Source: an uncultured bacterium
Lineage (GTDB): Bacteria > Patescibacteriota > Minisyncoccia > Phycocordibacterales > UBA2100
Length of the DNA stretch: 39,354 nt
Direction: 5' to 3'
NCBI GenBank assembly: GCA_903858755.1
Contig: CAIOKC010000008.1
Span: 1 to 39,354, forward strand
Position numbers and translations under genes: made by a program. Below are positions 15,788-24,333 of this stretch, one piece after another (the stretch's first letter is position 1; each line of letters begins with the position of its first letter). Under the pieces are notes generated by a model. That model was not told where the DNA came from, did not search any database, and was given only the letters and a program-made list of their open reading frames with translations.

Positions 15788-17203
15788 ATGGCGCATGGAG
15801 AAAAAAACTGGCACAACAATTGGTTCAGCTTGGAGTGGTGGGTGGAAGAGTATTTCGGGGAGTGGAATATTTCTCGATGCCTTCAGCTTTCCATGCTATC
15901 GCTCGGTCTCCTCTTCGTTCTCTCGAAGCAGGTTCCGCATTTGCCGCTCTTTACTCTCGAGTGGATGATCGGTACCGCTCCCGTGTGGCTCCCGGTCGGG
16001 CTTGCGGTCGGCGCATGGAAGGTGTGGATATGGTACATTCAGTCACTCTACCTTTCGAAGCGCGAGCACACGGTCTTCGAGATGAAAGTGCCCCGCGATG
16101 TGATGAAATCACCGCGCGCGATGGAGCTCGCGATCACGAGCTTTAATCTCTCTTCGGGAGAGACCACCGTGTATCACCGCGCGTGGAAGGGGCAGGTGCG
16201 CCCGATATTCTCGCTCGAGATCGCGAGCTTCGGCGGCGAGATACATTTCTATATCTGGTGCTGGAAACAGTACAAAGATACGGTGGAAGGCGCGCTCTAC
16301 GCGAATTACCCCGAGATAGAATTGCACGAGGTGGAAGATTACGCTTCGAAATTCCGATTCGACCCCGAGATCCACAACGGCTGGGGGATGGAGTGGCCGC
16401 TCATGAGTTACATCGGTATCGACATGAATGACTTCCGGATCAATGCGTACCAGCCGCGGACGTACGTGGATTTCGAGCTCGAGAAAGATCCGAAAGAAGA
16501 ATTCAAGATAGATCCTCTCGCAAGCGTTATCGAATTCATGGGCAATATCAAGCCGACCGAGCAGATGTGGATACAGATCATTCTGCGAAAATCTGGTAAG
16601 ACGACAGTTTTCACCGGTAAACCCGACGAGGATACAGAGTGGAAAAAGATGGTGGAAAAGGAGGTCAACAAACTCCGTACACAAGCGGCGATCATCCCGA
16701 GCAGCGCGCTCAGGGAAGCGCTTGAAGAAGCAGGTGAAGAAGCCGAAAAGCACGTATCGCCTCGCCCGTCGTGGAAGCAGAACGAAATGATGAAGTCGAT
16801 GGAGCGGCACCTCGGGAAATATCCTTTTCAGGTGGGTATGCGCGGGATTTACTGGGCGGAAGGTGATCTCCGCGGACCGATGTACACGGGTATGCGCTGG
16901 ATATGGCGACCCTTCGGTAATCCCAACTACGGCACGCATTTGCGTCCTCGGCGCTGGCACTGCGATTTCGATTATCCGTGGGCGGATTTCAAGGGATGGC
17001 GCTGGACCAACAACCTGAGGCGCGTCCACGATGCGTACCGTCGCCGCGCATTCTTCCACTCGCCGTGGCAGGGGAATACCAATGTGCTCACGAATGAGAC
17101 GCTCGCTTCTCTGTGGCACCCGCCGAGTCGCGCCATCACGACGCCGGGTCTTGCTCGCATACCGGCGACCAAGGTGGGAGCGCCGGCGAATTTGCCCAAA
17201 TAA
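15788..17203 (+). CDS. Membrane-anchored hypothetical protein of CPR type
   Basis: N-terminal TM helices; FSLEIASFGGEIHFYIW, YANYPEIELHEVEDY, LTNETLASLWHPP, APANLP. Confidence 0.7.
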   Translation: MAHGEKNWHNNWFSLEWWVEEYFGEWNISRCLQLSMLSLGLLFVLSKQVPHLPLFTLEWMIGTAPVWLPVGLAVGAWKVWIWYIQSLYLSKREHTVFEMKVPRDVMKSPRAMELAITSFNLSSGETTVYHRAWKGQVRPIFSLEIASFGGEIHFYIWCWKQYKDTVEGALYANYPEIELHEVEDYASKFRFDPEIHNGWGMEWPLMSYIGIDMNDFRINAYQPRTYVDFELEKDPKEEFKIDPLASVIEFMGNIKPTEQMWIQIILRKSGKTTVFTGKPDEDTEWKKMVEKEVNKLRTQAAIIPSSALREALEEAGEEAEKHVSPRPSWKQNEMMKSMERHLGKYPFQVGMRGIYWAEGDLRGPMYTGMRWIWRPFGNPNYGTHLRPRRWHCDFDYPWADFKGWRWTNNLRRVHDAYRRRAFFHSPWQGNTNVLTNETLASLWHPPSRAITTPGLARIPATKVGAPANLPK

Positions 17204-17212
17204 TATTCGCGT

Positions 17213-18250
17213 ATGTCCACTTTCCCTCCCGTCGAAGTATTTCTTGAGCGCTGCTTCAGCGCGGGGAATCGTATTCTGGATCTATTCTCCGAGAGGTGGC
17301 ACCGAGGCGCGAATCGACGCACGATCATCATTCTTGTCGTCGGAGGATCGCTTTTTGCCTACCTCTACCTCTCATTCGTCCGACCGCCGGATGCCTTTCC
17401 CGTGGGCGAGCTTATCGCCGTCCCGTCTGGCGAATCTCTCTCCACAATAAGCGGCGAGCTTGAGGCAATGGGGGTGATCCGTGATGCGCGCGCACTGAGG
17501 TTCCTCGTCACCCTTACCGGGGATCAGCACAACGTGCGCGCGGGCGATTACCTTTTCAAAGAGCCGCGCGATGTATTCTTTGTCGCCCGCGCGCTCGTGC
17601 TCGGCGCATACGGTCTTGAGCCCGAGCGTTTTCGTGTCCCCGAAGGCGCGACCGTGGACGAGATCGGCGAAATATTCGATACGCGCCTTCAGCGGTTTGA
17701 TAAGGAGAGTTTCTTCGCGCAAGCGGAAGAGATGGAAGGATTTCTTTTTCCTGACACGTACTTTTTCCTTCCAAACGCGAGCGAGGCGACCGTCGTTGCC
17801 GCTATGCGGCAGAATTTCGATACGAAAATCGCGCCTCTTCAGCCGCAGATCGCAAGCTCGACCTTGAGCTTGAAGGAGGTCGTCGTTCTCGCCTCCATTC
17901 TTGAGCGAGAGGCATACAATACGCGCGACCGCCGGATGATAGCGGGAGTGCTCTACAACCGGCTCGAGAAAGACATGCCGCTGCAGGTCGATGCCACTTT
18001 CGCGTATACGATCGGGAAGGGGACTTTTCAGCTTACGAGGGCAGATCTCAAAAGCGATTCGCCCTACAACACATACGTGCACAAGGGTCTTCCGCCGGGC
18101 GCGATCGGGAATCCTTCGCTTGATTCTCTCGAAGCCGCCGTCGATCCGATAGACAATGACTACATCTTTTTCCTCGCCGACCACAGCGGAATAACGCACT
18201 ACTGCAAGACCTATGCGTGCCAGCTTGCGAACAAAGCAAGGTATTTTTAA
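17213..18250 (+). CDS. mltG: Endolytic transglycosylase MltG
   Basis: TM anchor, EGFLFPDTYFF, LASILERE, NRLEKDMPLQVDAT, SPYNTY..GLPPGAIGNPS. Confidence 0.95.
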   Translation: MSTFPPVEVFLERCFSAGNRILDLFSERWHRGANRRTIIILVVGGSLFAYLYLSFVRPPDAFPVGELIAVPSGESLSTISGELEAMGVIRDARALRFLVTLTGDQHNVRAGDYLFKEPRDVFFVARALVLGAYGLEPERFRVPEGATVDEIGEIFDTRLQRFDKESFFAQAEEMEGFLFPDTYFFLPNASEATVVAAMRQNFDTKIAPLQPQIASSTLSLKEVVVLASILEREAYNTRDRRMIAGVLYNRLEKDMPLQVDATFAYTIGKGTFQLTRADLKSDSPYNTYVHKGLPPGAIGNPSLDSLEAAVDPIDNDYIFFLADHSGITHYCKTYACQLANKARYF

Positions 18251-18265
18251 CCCCCGCGTGAAAAC

Positions 18266-18294
18266 TTGACATACGATAGTATGTGTCCTATTAT
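18266..18294 (+). promoter_or_regulatory. Near-consensus sigma70 promoter with overlapping inverted repeat (operator candidate)
   Basis: TTGACA-N17-TATTAT; ACATAC-GATA-GTATGT dyad at 18269-18284. Confidence 0.75.
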
Positions 18295-18374
18295 CCAGTC
18301 GGTTTAGTTCGGATAGGGGTATTTGCGGCAACCCTGACCTCCTTTGACACTCAGCGCCGCAAGGAGAAGAGAAA

Positions 18375-19706
18375 ATGACTAACCTCGGACGTGTTGTGGG
18401 CACGGTCGCTGCCTTCCTCGCCTATGGGTGGGGAATGGCTTTCTACACCCCGCAGGCAACGCTCGTCACCGGCAAGGTTGCCGGCGAGCAATTCAAGGCT
18501 TCTGATCAGGCCTACGTCGACGCGGTCTACACCTTCAACCTCTTCAGCATGGCGAGCGCCATCTTCACGCTCCTCTTGCTCCTCGTGCTCTATCTGATCT
18601 GGCGCAAGCCCGTGAAGAGCGGCGCGAACAAAGTCAAAAAAGGACTGAAGGCGGTAATCGCAATCTTCGCGATTACCTGCGCTCTCGCTTTCGGGATGAC
18701 CGAGGGCTTCGCGTTCTTCGAGAAGGCTGACCGCACGGAGATCCACACGATCCTCCCGAACGAATCGGCGTTCTGGATTCCCGATGTCGGCGACAACAAA
18801 TCGACGCAGACCCAGATGGACTCCGAAGCGTATCTCAACGAGCGCAAAATCTCGGCGAAGCGGTTCATCATCCCGCACCAGAAGCTCACCGGCTCCGCCG
18901 GCACGAGTCTCCTGTCGGGCTGGGACTACTATGTCCCGACCGGGCGCCTCATCATCGTCGATCGCACTCCGTTCTCGCGGGAATGGGTCGACGCCGAAGA
19001 TCGCGGCACGTCGAAGCTCAAAGAAGGCTTCCCGTGCCAGACCAAGGGGGACAAAACATACCCTGGTGGGCTCAACGTGACGGTCGGCATCTCGATCGGC
19101 ACCTCGGTGCTCGAGAAGGATGCTGCGAAATTCCTGTACCGCTTCGGGGTGAATCCCCCGACCGGGTCGGATGGAAAGCCGCTGCGCGTGAAGGGCGACG
19201 CCGCGAGCATCGAAACGGACGGCAAAATCATCTTCACGTCGGTCTACTACGGTCGGTCGCTGAAGGATGTTATGGACGACGTTGGTCGGAAGAGGGTCCA
19301 GACCCTCGTCTGCAACGAACTGGCGAAACGGACGCTCGATCAAGCGAACAACGAGATGGTCGCCATGATGGAGGAAATCGAGAAGAAGGCCTCGGCTTAC
19401 TTCGCTTCGGTCGGCATCGCACTCGATTTCATCGGGTGGGGCGATACGTTCGAATTCGACGACCCGATCCAGGATGCCATCAATCGAGCGTACATCGCGA
19501 AACAAGACGAGGCGATCGCGAAAATGCTGCAGCCGTATGCCGAGACCATCAAGATGCTGGCGGCGGCACAGGCTACTCGCGACTTCGGCTCGAAGACCGA
19601 CGGCAAACTGCCGACGACATTCTTCGGTCAAGCTCCGGAAATCACCAGTCCGATTCTCGGGTTGCCGGGTATGCCGCGGGTTCCGGTCCAGCCGACGGTT
19701 AAGTAA
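18375..19706 (+). CDS. Membrane protein with SPFH/band-7-like domain
   Basis: SD AAGGAG at 18361-18366; N-terminal TM segments; VTVGISIGTSV..DAAKFLY, YFASVGIALDFIG..FEFDDPIQDAINRAYIA resemble an SPFH core followed by a helical tail. Confidence 0.6.
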   Translation: MTNLGRVVGTVAAFLAYGWGMAFYTPQATLVTGKVAGEQFKASDQAYVDAVYTFNLFSMASAIFTLLLLLVLYLIWRKPVKSGANKVKKGLKAVIAIFAITCALAFGMTEGFAFFEKADRTEIHTILPNESAFWIPDVGDNKSTQTQMDSEAYLNERKISAKRFIIPHQKLTGSAGTSLLSGWDYYVPTGRLIIVDRTPFSREWVDAEDRGTSKLKEGFPCQTKGDKTYPGGLNVTVGISIGTSVLEKDAAKFLYRFGVNPPTGSDGKPLRVKGDAASIETDGKIIFTSVYYGRSLKDVMDDVGRKRVQTLVCNELAKRTLDQANNEMVAMMEEIEKKASAYFASVGIALDFIGWGDTFEFDDPIQDAINRAYIAKQDEAIAKMLQPYAETIKMLAAAQATRDFGSKTDGKLPTTFFGQAPEITSPILGLPGMPRVPVQPTVK

Positions 19707-19729
19707 AGGAAAAATCCGATCTTTCGGTG

Positions 19730-19763
19730 CCGCGCAGACGAACTGTCTGCGCGGTCTTTTTTT
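19730..19763 (+). terminator. Intrinsic terminator
   Basis: CCGCGCAGAC-GAACT-GTCTGCGCGG then TCTTTTTTT. Confidence 0.8.
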
Positions 19764-19778
19764 GCTAGACTACCCTGC

Positions 19779-20840
19779 ATGGCGCGCAGGATTTTTGTCG
19801 GGCTTTCGGGTGGAGTGGACAGCGCCGTTTCGGCAGCGCTTCTACAAGAGCAGGGAGAGCACGTGGTCGGCGTTTTCATCAAGATATGGCAGCCGGAATT
19901 TCTCGAGTGTACGTGGAAGGAAGATCGGATGGACGCGATGCGTGTCGCCGCCGCGCTCGAAATACCCTTTCTTGAGGTGGATCTTTCTGAGGAGTACAAA
20001 AAAACCGTCGTCGACCCAATGGTCGCTTCATACGCGCGAGGGGAGACCCCGAATCCCGATGTCCTCTGCAATCAGCACGTTAAGTTTGGCGTGTTTGCGG
20101 AGTGGGCGCGCGCGCACGGCGCCTCGATGATCGCGACCGGGCACTATGCGCGGACGATCGAACGAGGCGGGCATGTCGAGCTTCTGCGTGGTGTCGATGC
20201 CGCTAAAGATCAATCGTACTTTTTGCACCGTCTTGAGCAGCGCGAGCTCGCGCATACAATCTTCCCCATCGGCGTCTTTACCAAATCTCATGTGCGGAAT
20301 GAGGCTCGGCGCTTCAATCTCCCCGTCGCCGACCGACCCGACAGCCAGGGATTGTGCTTTGTCGGCGACATCTCGATGCCGGAGTTTCTCGGGCGGTACA
20401 TACCGCGCGTTTGCGGTCCTGTACTCAATGAAGAAGGCGAGCGCATCGGGGAGCACGACGGCGCCGCGCTCTACACGATCGGGCAGCGTCATGGATTCCG
20501 ACTCGCGAAAGCGTCGGCGGTGCCGCTCTTTGTCGTCCATGTCGATACGGAAAAAAACACGATACGAGTATCAGGCGATCGCTCGCGTGCCGCGAGTGCG
20601 AAGGTGAGCATTCGCGACGAGCACTGGATCCATCGCGCTCCTGCGCTGCCGCTTCGCATCCAGGCGCAAGCGCGATACCGCGAGCAGGCGATACCCGCCG
20701 CACTTCATCGCGAGGAAGGGGCGATAGTCGCGACATTCGAGACGCCGCATATCGTGGCTCCCGGGCAGTCGCTCGTGCTGTACGACGGCGATGTGTGCCT
20801 TGGCGGGGGAATCATAGAGAAGACAGATGCTCGCGTGTAG
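19779..20840 (+). CDS. mnmA: tRNA 2-thiouridine(34) synthase
   Basis: SGGVDS, TPNPDVLCN, IATGHYA, KDQSYFL, DSQGLCF, YTIGQR, PGQS. Confidence 0.97.
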   Translation: MARRIFVGLSGGVDSAVSAALLQEQGEHVVGVFIKIWQPEFLECTWKEDRMDAMRVAAALEIPFLEVDLSEEYKKTVVDPMVASYARGETPNPDVLCNQHVKFGVFAEWARAHGASMIATGHYARTIERGGHVELLRGVDAAKDQSYFLHRLEQRELAHTIFPIGVFTKSHVRNEARRFNLPVADRPDSQGLCFVGDISMPEFLGRYIPRVCGPVLNEEGERIGEHDGAALYTIGQRHGFRLAKASAVPLFVVHVDTEKNTIRVSGDRSRAASAKVSIRDEHWIHRAPALPLRIQAQARYREQAIPAALHREEGAIVATFETPHIVAPGQSLVLYDGDVCLGGGIIEKTDARV

Positions 20841-20917
20841 CGACCGGAGCGGCGCATTGCGGAGAATATGCACACGTTTCTCTAGTGGGTCGCGCTCATA
20901 CCTTATACACTGTCTCT

Positions 20918-21331
20918 ATGCCGGATCTGATCCGCCGTTTGGCGTGGTTTGCTGTTGTCGCTTCGATCTCGTCGTACGCAGTGCTTTTGGTCGCCGGGAG
21001 CTTCGTGCACGCGCGCGCGGCGCGTGCGTACGATCCTGTCGTGATACGAGACGAGCTCGGCGTCGGCGTCCACCATCTCTCAGGGATGGTCGTGGTCCCT
21101 TTCAACTGCGACCAGCTCTCGATGCACGTCGAGAAGAATTCGACTACGACGTACGCGCTTGAGTTTAAGACGTGGCGCGATCCTGCTGTCCCGTGCGATA
21201 TTCCCGACGTGCCGCGCGCTTTTCGCGAGGTGCTTTTTGCTCCATCCGCAGGTATCCACATCCAAGCGTCTATCGATGGTCGTTCATTTCCGGTGGCGCT
21301 TATACCTATCGTCGGGGATGCAACGCCATGA
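20918..21331 (+). CDS. Hypothetical exported or membrane-anchored protein
   Basis: N-terminal hydrophobic segment, two Cys; TACACT 6 nt before ATG; ATGA overlap with next gene. Confidence 0.65.
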   Translation: MPDLIRRLAWFAVVASISSYAVLLVAGSFVHARAARAYDPVVIRDELGVGVHHLSGMVVVPFNCDQLSMHVEKNSTTTYALEFKTWRDPAVPCDIPDVPRAFREVLFAPSAGIHIQASIDGRSFPVALIPIVGDATP

Positions 21332-22152
21332 GCCATCCTCTCATTACAAAAGCTGACGGAGAGAAGGAGTCATTCGACCCGGCGAAGCTTGAGCACTCCC
21401 TCGCGCTCGCCGGAGCCTCGACGACGATGCGAGCGCGCATCCTTGCGCATATCATGCACGAGCTACATCCCGGTATCACCACCGAGGAGATTTACACGCA
21501 CGCCTTCGAGGTCCTCCGCAAAGAAGAAAGACCTCCTGTCGCTGCACGCTATTCCATCAAGCGCGCGGTATTTGCCCTTGGACCTTCGGGGTTCCCTTTC
21601 GAGCAGTTCCTCGCGGCAGTCTTGCGCGCGCACGGCTGGACGACGAAGACGGGCGTCGCTCTCAACGGACGCTGCGCTCCGCACGAGGTCGACGTCCTTG
21701 CGGAAAAAGGCGGGAAGCGCGTCGGCATCGAAGCAAAATTCCACAACGACGCCGCAGGCAAGACAGACATCAAAGACGCGCTCTATGTGAAAGCCCGCTA
21801 CGACGACCTCCGCGCAACGCCGGAGAAATCCTCGCATGTGGATGAGGGGTGGCTCGTGACGAATACGCGCTTCACGAGGAATGCGATCCGCTATGCGCAG
21901 TGCTCGAACCTCACGCTTCTTGGGTGGGATTATCCGCGTACCCGCGGACTCCTCGCCCTCATCGAAGAGGGCAAGGTGCATCCGCTCACGTGCCTTACCA
22001 CGCTTTCGGAAAGCGAAAAGCGCCGACTTCTCGAAAGCAGGGTGGTCTTGTGCCGCGACGTGCAGACGCCGCACGTCTTGAAGCAGTACGGGGTGCGACC
22101 GGAAAACATTCCCCATATCCTTGGGGAAGCGAGCCAGCTTTGTGGGATATAA
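21328..22152 (+). CDS. ATP-cone domain fused to Mrr-like PD-(D/E)xK restriction endonuclease domain
   Basis: ITKADGEKESFDPAKLEHSL (ATP cone); GFPFEQF..HEVDVLAEK..IEAKFH..LVTNTRFT. Confidence 0.85.
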   Translation: MSHPLITKADGEKESFDPAKLEHSLALAGASTTMRARILAHIMHELHPGITTEEIYTHAFEVLRKEERPPVAARYSIKRAVFALGPSGFPFEQFLAAVLRAHGWTTKTGVALNGRCAPHEVDVLAEKGGKRVGIEAKFHNDAAGKTDIKDALYVKARYDDLRATPEKSSHVDEGWLVTNTRFTRNAIRYAQCSNLTLLGWDYPRTRGLLALIEEGKVHPLTCLTTLSESEKRRLLESRVVLCRDVQTPHVLKQYGVRPENIPHILGEASQLCGI

Positions 22153-22159
22153 TGCGCGC

Positions 22160-22666
22160 ATGCATACGCCCGCAGAATTTTTCGATCCGACCATCGTGCA
22201 ATGCGCCAAGCTCTTTCTTGCGATGCTCTTGGGCGGCATCATCGGCACGGAGCGCGCGCTTCTCGCAAAGCAGGTCGCGGGCACGCGCACCTTTGGGCTC
22301 GTCGCGCTCGGCGCATGCCTTTTTATACTCGTCGGCAATTACGCAAATGCCGCGTACCTCGGAGTCAGCAATATCAACCCCACGCAGATCGCCGCGGGTA
22401 TCGTGACGGGTATCGGATTTCTCGGCGGCGGACTCATTATTTTCCGCGGAGACGCTCTCCATGGCGTGACCACTGCGGCCGGGCTCTGGATCGTCGCTGC
22501 GATTGGTATGGCGGTCGGCTTCGGGCTGTACGTGGTCGCAGTATTCGTGACGATACTAGCGCTCGTCATGTTTAGCGGCATGTGGTACGTCGAGAATCGC
22601 TTCAAGCATTGGTTTGCGGAATATCGACAGGAGGAGCACGTAGACCCCATCCCCTCCGCGCAGTAA
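22160..22666 (+). CDS. MgtC/SapB family membrane protein
   Basis: GGIIGTER, AGTRTF, IAAGIVTGIGFLGGG, GVTTAAGLW..AIGMAVG. Confidence 0.93.
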   Translation: MHTPAEFFDPTIVQCAKLFLAMLLGGIIGTERALLAKQVAGTRTFGLVALGACLFILVGNYANAAYLGVSNINPTQIAAGIVTGIGFLGGGLIIFRGDALHGVTTAAGLWIVAAIGMAVGFGLYVVAVFVTILALVMFSGMWYVENRFKHWFAEYRQEEHVDPIPSAQ

Positions 22667-22694
22667 AGCTGCGCGATAGGGTATACTGCGCGGG

Positions 22695-23489
22695 ATGAGT
22701 CAGTACTATAAGCCGGACAGAAAGCCCGATTGGAATTACGGCGGCAATAAGTGGCGCCTATCGCGCTCGAAAATCGGTCTTTTCAGAGAATGCGCGCGCT
22801 GTTTCTACCTCGACAACAAATTGGGGACGGCGCGTCCGCCGGGATTTCCCTTCAATCTCAACAGCGCGGTCGATGCGCTCCTCAAAAAAGAATTCGATAT
22901 TCATCGGAAAGGGAAGACCTCACACCCTCTGATGGAGCAGTACGGGGTCGATGCGGTGCCTTTTGAGCATCCGAAGATCGACATCTGGCGCGAGAATTTC
23001 AAAGGCATCGACTACGTGCATCCTGAGACAGGATTTACGGTCTCGGGCGCGGTCGACGACGTGTGGACGACCCCGGGCGGAGAGCTCATCATCGTGGATT
23101 ACAAGTCGACCAGCAAAGATGAGAAGATCGAGGCGCTCGATAAGGATTGGCACGATGGCTACAAGCAGCAGATGGAGATCTACCAGTGGCTTTTCCGCAG
23201 GAACGGTTTCAAGGTCTCCGATACCGGCTACTTCGTCTATGCGAATGCAGGCAAAGACAAAGAGGCATTCGACGGCGTTCTCGAATTCGAGGTCACGCTC
23301 GTCCCGCACAAAGGCGACGATTCGTGGGTCGAAGGCGCGCTGCGCGAGATACAGAAATGCCTCGACGGCGATGCTATTCCGTCGCCGTCGGAGGATTGCG
23401 ATTATTGCAGGTACCGCGAGTATGCGGGAAAGAAATTGCAGGCGCTCGCGAAAACGAGAAAAAATGGATCGGGCACGCTTGGTATATAG
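22695..23489 (+). CDS. PD-(D/E)xK (RecB/Cas4-like) nuclease family protein
   Basis: LSRSKI..ECARCFY, GAVDD, IVDYKS, QMEIYQW, C-terminal CDYC. Confidence 0.85.
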   Translation: MSQYYKPDRKPDWNYGGNKWRLSRSKIGLFRECARCFYLDNKLGTARPPGFPFNLNSAVDALLKKEFDIHRKGKTSHPLMEQYGVDAVPFEHPKIDIWRENFKGIDYVHPETGFTVSGAVDDVWTTPGGELIIVDYKSTSKDEKIEALDKDWHDGYKQQMEIYQWLFRRNGFKVSDTGYFVYANAGKDKEAFDGVLEFEVTLVPHKGDDSWVEGALREIQKCLDGDAIPSPSEDCDYCRYREYAGKKLQALAKTRKNGSGTLGI

Positions 23490-23492
23490 GAT

Positions 23493-23750
23493 ATGAAGAC
23501 TTTCGCCGATACGGTGCGCGATATCGTGCGGAAGATCCCACAAGGGAAGACCATGACGTACCGGCAAGTCGCCGCGAAAGCGGGAAATCCGAAAGCGGCG
23601 CGCGCGGTCGGCACGATCATGCGTACGAATTATGACGATACAATTCCTTGTCATCGCGTCATTCGATCCGACGGGAGTCTGGGCAGCTACAATCGCGGCG
23701 GCGAGCAGCGTAAGCGCGAGATACTCACCGCAGAGAAAGCGTTTTGGTAG
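23493..23750 (+). CDS. O6-alkylguanine DNA alkyltransferase (MGMT) family, DNA-binding domain only
   Basis: IPQGKTMTY, AARAVG, active-site PCHRV. Confidence 0.92.
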   Translation: MKTFADTVRDIVRKIPQGKTMTYRQVAAKAGNPKAARAVGTIMRTNYDDTIPCHRVIRSDGSLGSYNRGGEQRKREILTAEKAFW

Positions 23751-23756
23751 AAAAGA

Positions 23757-23784
23757 TTGCGACGCGAGGAGGAATTTGTATACT
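23757..23784 (+). promoter_or_regulatory. Putative promoter of the AdoMetDC-like locus
   Basis: TTGCGA-N16-TATACT; GGAGG SD at 23804-23808. Confidence 0.45.
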
Positions 23785-23816
23785 GCCCACGGGAAATATT
23801 CTTGGAGGGTTGCTAC

Positions 23817-24302
23817 ATGAAATCAGGCGAAGTATTTGACGCCTCGCATCGCGGCTATACCCAGACGGACACATTCATCTTTCGCGGCTGTCGCAACAAA
23901 AAGTCCTTCATGTCTCCTTCTACGAAGGAGGGCGTCGAGGAGCTGAAGCACGAGTTCGTCGCGAAATTGATCGAATCGGGCTTCGAGGTGACCGGCGAGA
24001 ACGGTCCGCACGGATTCGAATACGACGTCATGTGCCGCGGCTTCGGAGAATAGTGTGCCGTCACCATGGTGGCGATTCTCTCCGGATCCGATGCGACGAT
24101 CCATGGCTATGGCGAGGAAGAATTCGGCTCCACGGTGGAGCTCGAGCTCAACCTTTGCTACCTGCCGAATCGGCGCGACCATTCGCCCGGCGTCGAGAAA
24201 TCAGCGTCGGTTTTCAAGAAATGGCTCGGCGCGAGAAGCGCTGAGAGGATCCGGTCGAAACGCCGGTACCTGAGACCTCTGCGGCAACGTCGCAGTAAAT
24301 GA
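23817..24302 (+). pseudogene. Divergent S-adenosylmethionine decarboxylase-like (pyruvoyl-dependent fold) gene interrupted by an in-frame TAG at 24051-24053
   Basis: ORFs 23817-24053 and 24066-24302 share a frame; the joined sequence GFGE*CAVTMVAILSGSDATIHGYGE..VELELNLC resembles SpeD/SpeH GVTGVVLLSESHxxIHTWPE..xDxFxC. Confidence 0.6.
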
Positions 24303-24333
24303 AAAAGCGGCGCCTACGGGCGCCGTTTCGTTT
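24302..24333. terminator. Bidirectional terminator between convergent genes
   Basis: AAAAAGCGGCGCC-TACG-GGCGCCGTTT. Confidence 0.7.

Noticed and set aside
22695-23489. Cas4-like nuclease suggesting a CRISPR-Cas locus
   Set aside because: No repeat-spacer array and no cas1/cas2 or effector genes seen in the window; treated as a solo PD-(D/E)xK nuclease
24051-24053. Genome-wide stop-codon reassignment explaining the internal TAG
   Set aside because: TAG ends rpsD, rpsI and alaS at their expected C-termini, and TGA ends murB, uvrA and rpsM, so code 11 applies
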